Of a DNA stretch of 64,000 nt, positions 52,901 to 63,655 are shown piece by piece. Location of the stretch: positions 78,430,001 through 78,494,000 of the forward strand of contig OZ024744.1 of the NCBI GenBank assembly GCA_964016885.1, written 5' to 3'. Within the stretch, counting starts at the first letter, position 1; every line of letters begins with the position of its first letter. The DNA is from Eledone cirrhosa. Its lineage: Eukaryota. The notes beneath the pieces were generated by a model that worked only from the letters and a program-made list of their open reading frames with translations, was not told the DNA's origin and did no database searches. Position numbers and translations under genes: made by a program.

Positions 52901-55900
52901 TTATGACGATGATGATATACATGTATATATAAACATATATGTATATTTGTGTGTGTGTTATTGGTATTGAATCTATAGACCAGTGGTTCCCAAAGTGGGT
53001 TCTGCAAAGAAGTGTCTGGGGTTCTGTGAAAAAAAGATAGAGGAGTATATTTATTTTACGACCATATAACATATACCTAATTGATCAGATTAGAAAGGGC
53101 GGAGGGTGCTCCGAATAAGGACAGGATGGAAGAAGTTTAGTGAGCTGCTGCTTCTGTTGACAACGAAGGGTTTCTCCCTACGATTGAAAGGTCAGTTATA
53201 TGATGCCTGTGTGAGATGCTTGATGCTGCATGGTAGTGAGACATGGGCAGCAACTGTGGAGGATATGCGACGGCTGGAGAGAAATGAAGCAAGTATGCTC
53301 GGATGTGCATAGAGTTGAGAATGAAACTGTGTATAAGAGGGATAAGTTGTGGTGTGCGGGAGAGAAAACTGCATTGGTATGGGCATGTGATGCGCATGGA
53401 AGATGACTGCTGGGTAAAGAAGTGCCAAGAAATCCTAGTTGAAGGAAAACGCAGTAGAGGAAGACCACGAAAAACATGGGCGGAGGTGGTAAGAGCTGAC
53501 CTCAGATCACTGAAGCTCACAGAGGATGACAAAGGACCGTGACGAATAGCCGACCATACCCAATTGCACCTCTCAAATGCGATGACACACGCTACATCTC
53601 TTGTGTACCCATTGTTTGCATTTGGGGCAGAGGATGGAGTTCCTACCTACACCTTTCCTGCATACTGAGCAAGGCCATTTCCCTGATGGAATCTGGGTTC
53701 TGTTTTCTCGTTACTTATGAGGACCTTAGACTTTGTCAGGTTGACTTTCAGACCCTTTCTTTCTAGTCCCTGCTTCCGTGTTTGGAATTTCTTCTTTAGT
53801 TCCACCATAGATTCAGCTATAAGTGTGAAATCATCCGCATATAGGAGTTCCCATCGGCATCCGGTTTTAAACTCCTCCATTATTGCCTGCAATACTATAA
53901 TGAACAGGTGAGGGCTAAGAACAGAGTTCTGGTGGATTCTGACCTGTATGCTAAATTCCTCGCTATAGCCATTGTTAATCCTAATTTTGCTGACTGCTCC
54001 CCTCTACATGGCTTGTACAGCTTTCACAAGCCATTCATCTACTCCTAGTTTTCTAAGAGCCAACCAGATTATAGCGCTCCGTTGAAAACTTTTTCCAGAT
54101 TGACAAATACCAGGTAGAGCGGCTTACTTTTAGCTAGGTACTTTTCCTGTAACTGCCTCACAAGGAAGAGGGCATCAGTGGTGCCTTTTCCTGGCACAAA
54201 CCCAAATTGCATCTAACCTAGTTTTACCTGGTCCCTAATCAACTGTGCTATAACTCTTTCTGTTGCTTTCATGACCTGGTCCATCAGCTTTATACCTCTA
54301 TAGTTTCCTTTATCTAGTGCATCACCCTTACCCTTGTAGCAGTTGACAATGATGCTGCTGCACCAATCCTTTGGTATGACACCCTCTAGTATTACCTGGT
54401 TAGCAATACGTGTGGTTATGGTGTGACCTACCGACCCAGATGCCTTCAGCATCTCGGCAGTTATACCCGATGGACCGGTTGCCTTCCCCATCTTCATATC
54501 TTTGATAGCCTTACTTACTACGCTGCTGCTGACTTGTACTGCTGGCCCCTCTATAGGCTCCACTTGGGGTAGGGTCTCTTTCTGCCATACATTCTCCTAA
54601 TTCAGTAATCTTTCATAGTGGCTCTTCCACTCATCTTTCTTCTCAGCACTTGTGAGGGCAAGCTCACCTTATCATTCCAGATACACTTCTCTCCAATGAC
54701 AGCACAATTTTCTCTGCTCACTGCCTCGCAATCCTGAACACCTCCTGTTTCTGGTCCTCACGCTGCAAAACATGTTATATTTTCTATCCTCCGCTTCCTT
54801 TCTAGCTAAGTATACTTGTCGCCTAGCTTCCCCTCCTGGTCTCTATGTAATGTACTCTACTTCCATGGATCCTAGTTGGTTTACTTGCACTGTGGTGGAT
54901 TCCGTAATGTAGAACTTACAGTATTTGCTCCTACCTCTCCATCCATTTACAATTAAATCTTCTTGTTAGAAAATCCGTTATGTTTGCCTATTGTTTTTGT
55001 TTTTGCAGTCTCTCCCAGGTTGACTACGTACGTTCACCTTCCGGAAGTCAGCCATTCCCTCCCTCCCACCCCCACTCACCACCATAGTTATTTGGTTTTT
55101 AATGCTAATCTCTGTTGCAAGGTTGCTTCTTCTTAAGCTTAGATCTAGGTGTTGTTCTCTATGATAAATGGATTACGGAGTTGGAGAACCTGAACACTCA
55201 CAATGACAAAGATAAATTCACCTACCGTCTAAGGGCGAGCGTGCAAACACTCTTCTTTATATCAGACATGGAAGACCAAGACCAACATAATTCCGTCTCC
55301 CACGCTCTTTCCTGTGCCCCCATCTCATCCGTTCCACCCTCCCAGTGAAATCCAAAACTTCAGAGTTGGTACCATGCATGTAGGCACATTGGAAGGTTGC
55401 TCAAATGAGGTTGTAGAGATGCTTGAATGTAAGGAAGTTGATGTTTGTTGTGTTCAAGAGACCAGGTGCAGGTGGGTCTGCTAAATTCATTGTGGGCAAG
55501 AAACGATGCTATAAGCTTTTCTGGGTGGTGTTGGAATTATGTTAGCAAAAAATGGGTAGATAAGGTAATTGCCGTAAATGACAGGATAATTAAAATAAGA
55601 TTAGTTCTAAATAAGACAACTGTATCAATTATATCCTCTTATGCACTCCAATCTGGAGTATGCTACCTGTCTCTAAATTAAAGCTTCACATGGGTGCTTC
55701 GTAACTCACAAATTCATATTCATTTATTAATTCGGGGTTTTTCCATTTATCCTCAGCTCGTCCAAACAATGGTAAAGGAATTCTTTGGTGCAGGGCTAGA
55801 AGACAGTAGTAGTAATGGCAGAGTTTGTTGGAGCTGGTAAGGGCTAGAAGAATAGTAGTAGTAGCAATGGCAGAGTTTGTTGAGGCTGATAATGGGTGGG

Positions 55901-58900
55901 GACATGTTGCTGAGGTTTGATTGGTTGGATAGATTATGGTGGCGAGAGGGGGTGGGCAGGAGGGAATTGTGAGATAAGTAGCAATCATGACATATAACAT
56001 CACAGGAGATTTGGGTGAAATAAGGCGCTCCAAGTAAGCATATGAGACAAGGCGAATATGCGAGCATTTCGAAATGTAAACCTCGAAATGGAATATTTAG
56101 TAATCCATTTTGCCTTTCAGAAATCAAAAGTCTGTGTCTGGCTTTGTAAACCTTGAAATGAATGAATGAGAAAGAAGAAGGGAGGTAATGGGTAAGGGAT
56201 AGGGTATGACTTTCGTAGGGGGAGATATAATGACCAACGTGCTTTCTTTCGAAAAAACAAGGTCGAAGTATATATACGTTGTTGGAAGCAAGCGAAATGA
56301 TAATTGTTTCTGCTTTTGGCACAAGGCCAGCAATTACCAGTGTATTACTGGTATATATATGTATATATATGTATGATAAATATGTTTGCTTACCTTATGA
56401 AAAGCTGCCACAATGCATATATCAACTATAAAATAGCCAAATAAATCAAGTAAATTAGCTTTAGAGATAAAAAAGATGTAGATAGAGATGCCTGTAGGAA
56501 TTGAACTTCACATTTTCTATATGCCAGATAGCTATGGTAACCATAACAGTCATAGTTAATATATGCATTGTGGTAGCTTTACAGTGTGTGCTGGGTGCTT
56601 TTTGCCATGTCTCCTACACGACCACTTTAGTGTGGACTGGGTGCTTTTTGTAGTGACACCTACACGACCACTTTGCAGTGGAATGATAGGGACCCCAGTC
56701 CCTATCATCTCATTTCTACAGCTGAGTAAACTGGAGCAATGTGAAATAAAGTGTCTTGCTCAAGGAAACAACACATTACCCGGTCTGAGAATTGAACTCA
56801 CAACCTTTTTATATATATAAGCAAGTACTGCACCAAGAAAAGTATAGACTTCGGCGAGAAAGGAGAGTAAGAATTTATTGGCTTTAACATATGTTTCTGC
56901 ATCTATTATAATAGACTACATATGTTGACTACATCATATAATGCAATAATTAATTATTTATCACACTTCTTCAGAAAGCTTATAATTCATTTTTGATATA
57001 CATTAACAGAACCTTATCTAGCCTCACACATATATATAGATAGAATATAGAAATGACTGCTACATGACTAAAATTGTTTTATTTGTTTAAAATTATTTGG
57101 AATGACAGAGTTAATATTGGTCAAGTTTAGTATTTATTCATTTCTTTGAGGTAGAGGAACGAAGTGGAAGGATAGAAGAAAAAAAGTAGTTGAAGGGAAT
57201 GGGAGTGTATAAGATTTATTTAGTCAGTATATTGGAGTGGGTAGGAAGGGAATATGAGTTGATTTTGGCTAGCTGGATGTAAAAGATTCTTATGACACAC
57301 ACGCACACATACATACAGGCACATGTACACATACATACGTATATACATATACATATATATTGGAAAATGTCTGATCCTTGGTACAGTTAGGTATATTTGA
57401 AAAAAAGGAAAAGAATGACTTCACTTGTTGGTAATCTACCAATTAGATCTACCAACTCATAATATAATATAAAATAAAATCAATTTGTTTAGAACTACAA
57501 GTGAAGTCATTCTTTTTTTTTTTTTTTTCATCTATATATCTCCAAAATGTCTGACTGAATATGCATGTATGTTTTCACTCCCCTTTTTCACTCTTTTATT
57601 TTTCTATTTATCTTTTATTTCTAACTTTATCTTCTGATGAAAGGCTAGTGTCTGAAACGTTAAGACTCTTTTCCTGCTATTTCAAACGTTAAATGTTAAA
57701 TATTTCTTCAATGTACTGTGTTGTTTGCTTTGTTATTTCTGTTTACCTTTTACATACATATATGCAATTTAGTCTTCGACCTGTATTTATCGTTGTTGTG
57801 GTATGGCCATATACATTTGGTCGCTTTTATTGGTGTTACTTTCTTATGTTTGTGTTTACTCGGGACAAAAATGTATTAATTTTTTGCACCATTAAGTGCT
57901 TTGTGACTGTCTCAAACAATTTAATTGGTATCTGTTATATTGTGCCTACAATTTTGATTTATACCCATTACACTATGCTTTAAAGCATAGAGTTATGGCT
58001 CTTTACCATCTGAGTTCAAATCCCGCCGAGGTTAACTTTGCCTTTCATCCTTACGGGGTTGATCAAATAAAGTACCAGTAATGCACTGGGATAATTGCTG
58101 GCCTTGTGCCAAAAGTAGAAACAATTATTATTATTCTCCTAGTTTCATTTATTCCATTGATAACGTGTTAGTTATTTTTTGTTTATAAATGCTAGTTGGG
58201 GGCTTTTATTTGAGGCTGTGAAAATCTCAGTTCACACCCTGAATTTACCTGCCAACAGTTTAGCCAACTTGACCTTCCTCTTTTGAGAAAAGTCAGGTGA
58301 TGACACAAGTGAATTTACTACTGTAATGATGATGATGATGATTAGAATGACTCAATATCTCCTGACCGAAATACGTTAGATAATACGGAATGAATGCTTG
58401 CCAATGAAGGGACTTTCCAGTTCCATCCTGAAAATGCATATATGACTTGCATATACATTATGTAACTCGTGGTGCAGCTTACTGGACTCCCAGAAACCTA
58501 TTGAAGATTTCTATCAATTCTTATCTACTCAAGATGGTCCAGGTTAGTCTAGGACCTGTTTGTATTTATCGTTGTTGTGGTACAACTATGGCCATATGTA
58601 TTTGGTCGCTTTTATTGGTGTCAAACTTTCTTGACTTTGTGTTCACTCTGGATGAAAATATTTTAACTTTTCACACCATTGAATGAATGCTTTGTGACTG
58701 CCTCAAACAATTTGATTGGATCTGCTATGGTGCGGTTATGACTTCGATTTATATCTATTATTGTTATTATTTCCATTATTGTGTTTATTGCACATCATTA
58801 CTGCTTTACCAAACACAGCTCTGTGCGCCTTGGGTATGAACAGTGTGGTTTTTGCTGATATTGTTTCTATTATATTGATAGTACTTTTTTGTAATGTGTG

Positions 58901-60647
58901 CAGTGTCTAAATCTTATAATCTCCCCTTCCTCCTCCACCTTCTCCTTTTCTACACCAAGGAAATGTATAAGTAACTTGATCAATATTATCTGTCATTCCT
59001 GATGATTTCAAATGAATGAAGCAGTTCTAGTCCTGTATGAAATAATATGTATCTTTACTACTAATGTATTGTTTACCTTATTTAACTGTGATTCTGTTCT
59101 CTCTTTCTGAAAACCATTCTATATTATATATATATTTGTATATATCTATATATGTAGATCAAAATAAATTATTCCAATCCTATTTTACAATAAAAGGCTC
59201 AATGGGCTAAAATCCAAATTTTCAGAGCAGAGCATAATTTACACAATACGTGTTATTTGGGTATAATAATATTTATATATAGTTAAAAAGTAAGCAAAAA
59301 TACATTTAAAGGCAAATGCAATTCTACATACATTATAATTGGTAAATTCAAATATATATATATAATGTGTATGTAGGTACATACATAATATATGTATGTA
59401 TTTATTTATTTATGTATATATATATATGTGTGTGTGTATATATATATACATATATGTATGTGTGTGTATATACATTTATGCGTGTGTATGTGTGTATATA
59501 CACACACACATATATATATATTTGTGTATATATATATACATATATATTGTTTTATTTATTCATTTATCTTTTTTTATTTTTTTATTTTTACTCCAATGAA
59601 ATATTTTTGGAAATCCTATCTGAACCAATGAAACCATTTGTTGCTGAACACACACACATTCATATGTATATTATTACCTTTGACCAACCAACAAACATAT
59701 CCTGCAATTGACATTTTCTATTGGTTGTTATCTGAATATTGAAATGACCTGTGGAAACAAAACAACTTTGAATACTAATTCTGAATGGAATAATTCTTGA
59801 TGTTAATGACACCTCTAATAATGGTTATTTTATGAATATTTATTAATATCACTTCAAACATTATCATTACAAATATAATTTTTTTTAAAAAATTTCTCAA
59901 AAAAACAAAACAATACATTTATGGCAATATTATTATGATTACAAAACATTTATAATGGTAATAATCTTAATGTCATATTAACATTGTAATGTACATATAA
60001 ATGTACATGTTAACAACATATAAAAACTAATTCCAATAACTTTGATCTAATGAATGATATTACTGTTAATTCAATAATGATAATGATTGTATTATACTCT
60101 ATTATTATTTGATGGTAATAATAATAATAACAATAATAATAATAATATATTTACTGTAACATTTGTTGAAACAAAATCACACCTCACCCATAAATCCTGG
60201 GGACACTAAAAAATAAATAATATATATATAATCTCTTAACAATGGTAATGAAATGACCTAAACATCTACGATTGTACTATGACATTAACATATAATCATG
60301 TTGTATTGATAATGCATGATTTGGTTGTACTGTGGTGTTGATTTATGAATGACTCTGCTGTGAATATAACAATTACAACAACATCAACAATGTAATATAA
60401 CTCAACAACCACAATTGTTCTGAAATCTCAAAAATTCTTGGTATTTTGTGCTGCACAACAGAGAAGTATTCACGAGAGGATCTATGGAAAGAGCTTGGCG
60501 CTGGCTAATATCAATAACTCTGGGTCTCAAATCATTGAAAGTGGTACACTGCTAAATCTTGCCCGACAGCAAGAGGCTCGGGAAGCTGCTCATCGTGCTG
60601 CAGCGAGAGCCAATCGGCTTATGGTTAATGGAAAAACGCCATTTAAG
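27905..60647 (+). CDS. HIRA: HIRA histone chaperone, 5' partial (coding exons 1-14, WD40 region, 431 aa); gene continues beyond window
   Basis: 14 exons with GT-AG borders and consistent phases join into one open frame: [34 protein letters not shown]...[19 protein letters not shown]...[27 protein letters not shown]...[26 protein letters not shown]...[18 protein letters not shown]...[12 protein letters not shown]...[20 protein letters not shown]...YGKSL. This is recognisably the conserved HIRA N-terminus. Confidence 0.97.
30300..31150 (-). mobile_element. R4/Dong-like non-LTR RT remnant
   Basis: [19 protein letters not shown] motifs. Confidence 0.5.
32640..33910 (-). mobile_element. Decayed RTE fragments in HIRA intron 1
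   Basis: SFSYLGDQ and GRLYDAC motifs matching the RTE copies. Confidence 0.7.
33971..34033 (+). CDS. HIRA: HIRA coding exon 2 (63 nt, [22 protein letters not shown])
   Basis: tttcAG acceptor, GTTAGT donor, phase 1-1. Confidence 0.95.
34195..35353 (-). mobile_element. Decayed mariner transposon in HIRA intron 2
   Basis: TA-flanked imperfect TIRs (tacgagggtcggttgtaaagttt / aacttttcagcccacccctgta); transposase motifs [27 protein letters not shown] with frameshifts. Confidence 0.92.
35592..35919. mobile_element. Tc1/pogo-type MITE
   Basis: Imperfect TIRs cagttgtccctcagtattc / gaatactgggggtacact, inserted in a (TA)n tract. Confidence 0.6.
36103..36213 (+). CDS. HIRA: HIRA coding exon 3 (111 nt, [11 protein letters not shown]...CQMDNHL)
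   Basis: tgtAG acceptor, GTAAGT donor. Confidence 0.95.
   Translation: MMIAVKLLFGTWHQLEMKYPRKMMRCQKYYVKWIIT
37720..37910. mobile_element. TTAA/piggyBac-type MITE, orientation A (HIRA intron 3)
   Basis: TTAA-CCCTTTAGCATTTAAACC ... AAAGGG-TTAA. Confidence 0.88.
38026..38116 (+). CDS. HIRA: HIRA coding exon 4 (91 nt, [11 protein letters not shown]...LVMIWKTSR)
   Basis: aacAG acceptor, GTAAGT donor. Confidence 0.95.
40070..40164 (+). CDS. HIRA: HIRA coding exon 5 (95 nt, [11 protein letters not shown]...LRGHSG)
   Basis: aatAG acceptor, GTATGT donor. Confidence 0.95.
41326..41421 (+). CDS. HIRA: HIRA coding exon 6 (96 nt, [11 protein letters not shown]...NALKFP)
   Basis: aacAG acceptor, GTAAAC donor. 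Confidence 0.95.
41479..41683. mobile_element. TTAA/piggyBac-type MITE, orientation A (HIRA intron 6)
   Basis: TTAA-CCCTTTAGCATTTAAAC ... AATGCTAAAGTG-TTAA. Confidence 0.88.
41846..42053. mobile_element. TTAA/piggyBac-type MITE, orientation B (HIRA intron 6)
   Basis: CCCTTTAGCATTTAGATTACTC ... TTTAAATGCTAAAGGG-ATAA. Confidence 0.88.
42085..42370 (+). mobile_element. CORE-like SINE remnant (second copy ~38670-38830, minus)
   Basis: ggcactttgggcaagtgttttc..gccttgtgagtggaatttggtaga body. Confidence 0.6.
43072..43154 (+). CDS. HIRA: HIRA coding exon 7 (83 nt, [11 protein letters not shown]...YLASQ)
   Basis: polypyrimidine tract + cAG acceptor, GTAAGA donor. Confidence 0.94.
44333..44410 (+). 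CDS. HIRA: HIRA coding exon 8 (78 nt, [11 protein letters not shown]...EPFEE)
   Basis: tttAG acceptor, GTAAGC donor, phase 0-0. Confidence 0.95.
44580..45740 (+). mobile_element. GC-rich L1/Tx1-like LINE 3' remnant in HIRA intron 8
   Basis: [37 protein letters not shown] (zf-RVT-like CCHC). Confidence 0.75.
45886..46053 (+). CDS. HIRA: HIRA coding exon 9 (168 nt, [16 protein letters not shown]...HRKAITVV)
   Basis: ttcAG acceptor; GTTAGT donor chosen by homology to TVV[K/R]FNP. Confidence 0.93.
47071..47121 (+). CDS. HIRA: HIRA coding exon 10 (51 nt, [17 protein letters not shown])
   Basis: poly-T cAG acceptor, GTAAGT donor. Confidence 0.92.
47195..47521. mobile_element. Tc1/pogo-type MITE
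   Basis: TA-CAGGTTCACAATCT..TTATC ... GATAAGAGATTGTGTGAACCTG-TA. Confidence 0.8.
48556..48612 (+). CDS. HIRA: HIRA coding exon 11 (57 nt, [19 protein letters not shown])
   Basis: tgcAG acceptor (second in-frame CAG 6 nt downstream), GTAAGT donor. Confidence 0.92.
48838..49231 (-). mobile_element. Apparently full-length tRNA-derived SINE with CORE-like body and RTE-type tail
   Basis: A box TGGCTTAGTGG, B box GAGTTCAATTC, TGTGTCCTTGAACAAGACACTT body, RTE 3' end + (GAT)n; partial sister copy at ~56575-56810. Confidence 0.75.
49555..49625 (+). CDS. HIRA: HIRA coding exon 12 (71 nt, [10 protein letters not shown]...LDISW)
   Basis: tccAG acceptor, GTAAGC donor. Confidence 0.95.
49694..50070. repeat. 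54-bp minisatellite, 7 copies, in HIRA intron 12
   Basis: Unit atttcccttaccaatttctagccttgtttcaattaaaaataattatttttgctt, essentially identical copies. Confidence 0.97.
50120..50225 (+). CDS. HIRA: HIRA coding exon 13 (106 nt, [14 protein letters not shown]...LSPQEV)
   Basis: tttAG acceptor, GTCAGT donor. Confidence 0.94.
50630..51275 (+). mobile_element. RTE LINE 3' end with (GAT)n tail
   Basis: [19 protein letters not shown]. Confidence 0.88.
52300..52490 (+). mobile_element. Penelope 3' end remnant
   Basis: [18 protein letters not shown] (GIY-YIG C-terminal E..I..P.LN-like motif) followed by a hammerhead core. Confidence 0.6.
52451..52486 (+). ncRNA. Minimal hammerhead motif (weak stem I) downstream of Penelope GIY-YIG tail
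   Basis: CTGATGA-A-GGATT-ATT-AATCC-GAAA-GC-TC; palindrome AGCT. Confidence 0.55.
53085..53545 (+). mobile_element. RTE LINE 3' fragment
   Basis: [25 protein letters not shown]. Confidence 0.88.
53550..54845 (-). mobile_element. RTE LINE RT fragment, near-identical to 5455-6430
   Basis: [25 protein letters not shown]; long identical stretches with the 5.5-6.4 kb copy. Confidence 0.92.
55345..55680 (+). mobile_element. RTE AP-endonuclease N-terminal fragment
   Basis: [36 protein letters not shown]. Confidence 0.8.
56881..56979 (-). ncRNA. Type I hammerhead-like motif with expanded stem II
   Basis: Minus strand GCTTT-CTGAAGA-A-GTGT..(~60 nt)..ATGC-A-GAAA-CATATG-TT-AAAGC; stem I GCTTT/AAAGC, palindromic ACATATGT. 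Confidence 0.7.
57630..57665 (+). ncRNA. Minimal PLE-type hammerhead motif
   Basis: TCTT-CTGATGA-A-AGGC-TAGT-GTCT-GAAA-CG-TT-AAGA; palindrome ACGT; same family as 10575-10612. Confidence 0.65.
60462..60647 (+). CDS. HIRA: HIRA coding exon 14 (186 nt, [12 protein letters not shown]...VNGKTPFK)
   Basis: aacAG acceptor, GTAAGG donor; IHxxxYGKSL and IIE motifs continue HIRA. Confidence 0.9.
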
Positions 60648-61437
60648 GTAAGGCAATAGGATTTTCATTTGTGTCTGTGTTTATTAATATATATATGTGT
60701 GTGTGTGTGTTGGCTTACGTGCTGTTTAGCCATAGGCCAGCTCTGGTCAAGCAAACCTATGATCAAAGGTGTTCTAACTGTGACCATCCCATCTTTTTTC
60801 ACATATTTGAGAGAGATTTGTATGCTATTTTTAACAGATTGAGTGATATAGAGGGCTACATAACTGGCTCCTGTTTATATATATATATGAGAGTGTTGTG
60901 GTTTGCTTGAATCATTTTGAGTTCTTATGTCTACAATGCATTTGGGATTGTAAATATTAAGGCAACAAAATTGGGAAAAGAGAAAAAAAACAAGAATGAG
61001 AGATAATGTTACCTTGGAAATATATATTATTCCCATTATATTTCGGATGTACCATCCATTATCAAAGGGTCCATTGTGAACCTTGGGGAATGTTGGAGAA
61101 GACATTTTTATGCCTCTGTGTGGTTCATGCAATATTTATTTTAAGTTGTTGAGAGATGTTAAATTTAAAAAAGGTGGCAGCAAGTTTAAGCATTACATAA
61201 TATTGTTAAATGTGACTGACTGAATTATGGAGATAATCAGCAGGCTGACCATTTGATTGGGCTTATTTGTTTAATTATTTATTCACTTATTTATTTGATT
61301 ATTTATTTTGGTTTGGCTTGTTAGGTAAAATTAGCCATTGTGCACTCAATACCAGCCATTTCTGTGCCTTCTTCACGAGATATATGTGTAGATATGCATG
61401 TAGAAAAGAGACATAGGTATATACAGGTAGATTGTGT

Positions 61438-61651
61438 TTAACCCTTTAGCATTTATATTACTCTGTATTTACTATTATATTTTCACGGTAAAGACTTTAA
61501 TTCACATAATATTGAATCTGAGATTTTGATGGTATTTATTTTGAGAACAATACCTTAACATCAGTATGAGTGACCAGTTATGGCCGATTTGAACAGAAAG
61601 AAGTGAGAGAACTCTGGCCAGATACGACTGGTTTAAATGGTAAAGGGTTAA
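61438..61651. mobile_element. TTAA/piggyBac-type MITE, orientation B (HIRA intron 14)
   Basis: TTAA-CCCTTTAGCATTTATATTACTC ... AAAGGG-TTAA. Confidence 0.88.
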
Positions 61652-62878
61652 AATAATATTTACTTCACTCATGGTATTATATGATAAAATGCTGTATTTA
61701 TGTTAACCACAATGTTATGTATGAAGATCATTAAAAACATGGTATATTAATAATATATGATCCATACTAGAAGACCCTTTTTATATTGCACTCAGATATA
61801 CAGTGGATCACACTTTTTTGCATCACTGGAGAAGATTGATGCATTTCAACATTTTCATAAAGAGATTTTTAAAAATCAAAGAGACCATTGCTTGTATTAT
61901 GTGTGTGTGTGTGTAATGTGTAATTTTTTTCAGTGTGGCTTTAATTAAAGCTTCTATGTATGCGATTTGGTGTGTGAATCTACTTGCATATGTGGTATTT
62001 CTCTTAGTATATATGTTTATATGTGTGTTTGGCTATATGCATGTTGTAATGATATGTAATAACCTGACCATTAACTATTTTGTTATGGTTTGGTGTGCAT
62101 GTATTGTTTACTCAGAATATTTTTTTTAACAATTGGGTGGAAGCATTGTCAAAGAAAAATGAGCGAGGGGAAAACAAAACAAGAAAATAATCGTCTCTTT
62201 TTCACACGTTCCAGCATGTTTATTATATTTATTTTTCGTGTTGCGTTTCTTTAATGAGATGGGTTTCAACTGAAAATTGTAGATACCATTTTGACTCCTC
62301 TCTTTTACAAAGGAGAGATTTTAACTTTTAATGTCCTGTACCACATGAAACAACATTAGTAAGATATTCTTGAAAAGTACAAAACAGCACAGTGATTGCA
62401 TCACATTAAAAATATGAAAATCTTTGCAAAGGTACTATAGATTTTCAGAATGGTCTGTTCACTAGTAAAATTACTATAAACATTTGAATTAACAAACATG
62501 TTTTTATATATTTTCTGAGAAATCATTACAGGATATTAAGAGTTAAATAAGTAGACCTAATCTGTCACTTGATTGGACACCACAATCACCTGGCATCTTT
62601 TGAAGCCTTTAGTTGAGTTCACCCTATTAGAAGCATTCATTCAAACAAGGTCTTCCCCATCTGAGGATGAGCTGATATTTTAAATGTCTTCTTCACTCCT
62701 GCAGCTGTCAGTTGGGGGTTTGTGGGTTCATTATCCTTTACACTTTCTTATCCTCTAGTCTTAGAGGTACTGTATAGGTCATCACATCAGTGGGACATAG
62801 AAACAAATATGAATATGGTCATTTATGGAAGTGGGACATACCCATCCCTATGATGAAATACATGACAAATGAAAACAA

Positions 62879-63060
62879 CTACACGTAAAATTCTGTTATA
62901 ATGAATACCATTATAACAAATTTTTCAGTATAACAACATTTTTTCACTCCCTGGCTACACATTCGATGTGTTAGGTCGATCTCGTTATAAAGAATTTTTT
63001 GTTATAACAAATTTTTTTTAATACCCTGTGAATTTCGTTACAACGGAATTTCACCCTATA
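62879..63060. mobile_element. Tigger/pogo-like MITE with GTTATAAC subrepeats
   Basis: gtaaaattctgttataatgaa ... ttcgttacaacggaatttcac imperfect TIRs. Confidence 0.55.
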
Positions 63061-63497
63061 ATCTATCGTAAATTATGGAAACCAACCATTCTACTATGCT
63101 GCTGTTGTTGTTATTGTTATTATTGGTTAACAACGTTTCATTTTGAATCATTGTTGTGAGTTCAAATCATGTTGGGTGAGGGTGTCTTGATATTTTATTC
63201 TTTCAAAATTAATAGAAACTACATACTCTTTGCTATATAATGATGTCATACATACACACCACCTAAAAAATGTTTACTACTTTCATAGCAGAGAGAAGAT
63301 ATAGGCATTCATTATTGTTATCATTGTTATTGTTCATTGTTATTATTAATCAATGTTGATACTAAAATTAATAAACGACATCAATGTTAAGAGAACGACG
63401 GAGTTGCCAAAAACTGTAGAGCATTGATCCCAAAATAATTTAGATTTGAACATTTTTTAATTAATCTGTTGTTTATTATTTTATATTATTATTCTTT

Positions 63498-63655
63498 GCG
63501 GTGGATTGGCAGCATAGTTACGTCCCTCTATGGTCTGAGTTCAAATCCCGCCAAGGTTCACTGTCTTTCATCCTTACGGGGTCGATAAAATAAAGTACCA
63601 GTAATGCACTGGGTAATTGCTGGCCTTGTGCCAAAAGTAGAAACAATTATTATTC
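63498..63655 (+). mobile_element. tRNA-derived SINE (other copies ~26240-26540, 36480-36620, 40280-40430, 50510-50630, 51570-51750, 57985-58135)
   Basis: B box GAGTTCAAATCC followed by conserved tttcatccttacggggtcgataaaataaagtaccagt body and (ATT)n tail. Confidence 0.75.

Noticed and set aside
59367-59711. ORFs rich in Y/I/V/C
   Set aside because: Translations of (TA)n/(TG)n microsatellite DNA, as are many other short ORFs in the track.
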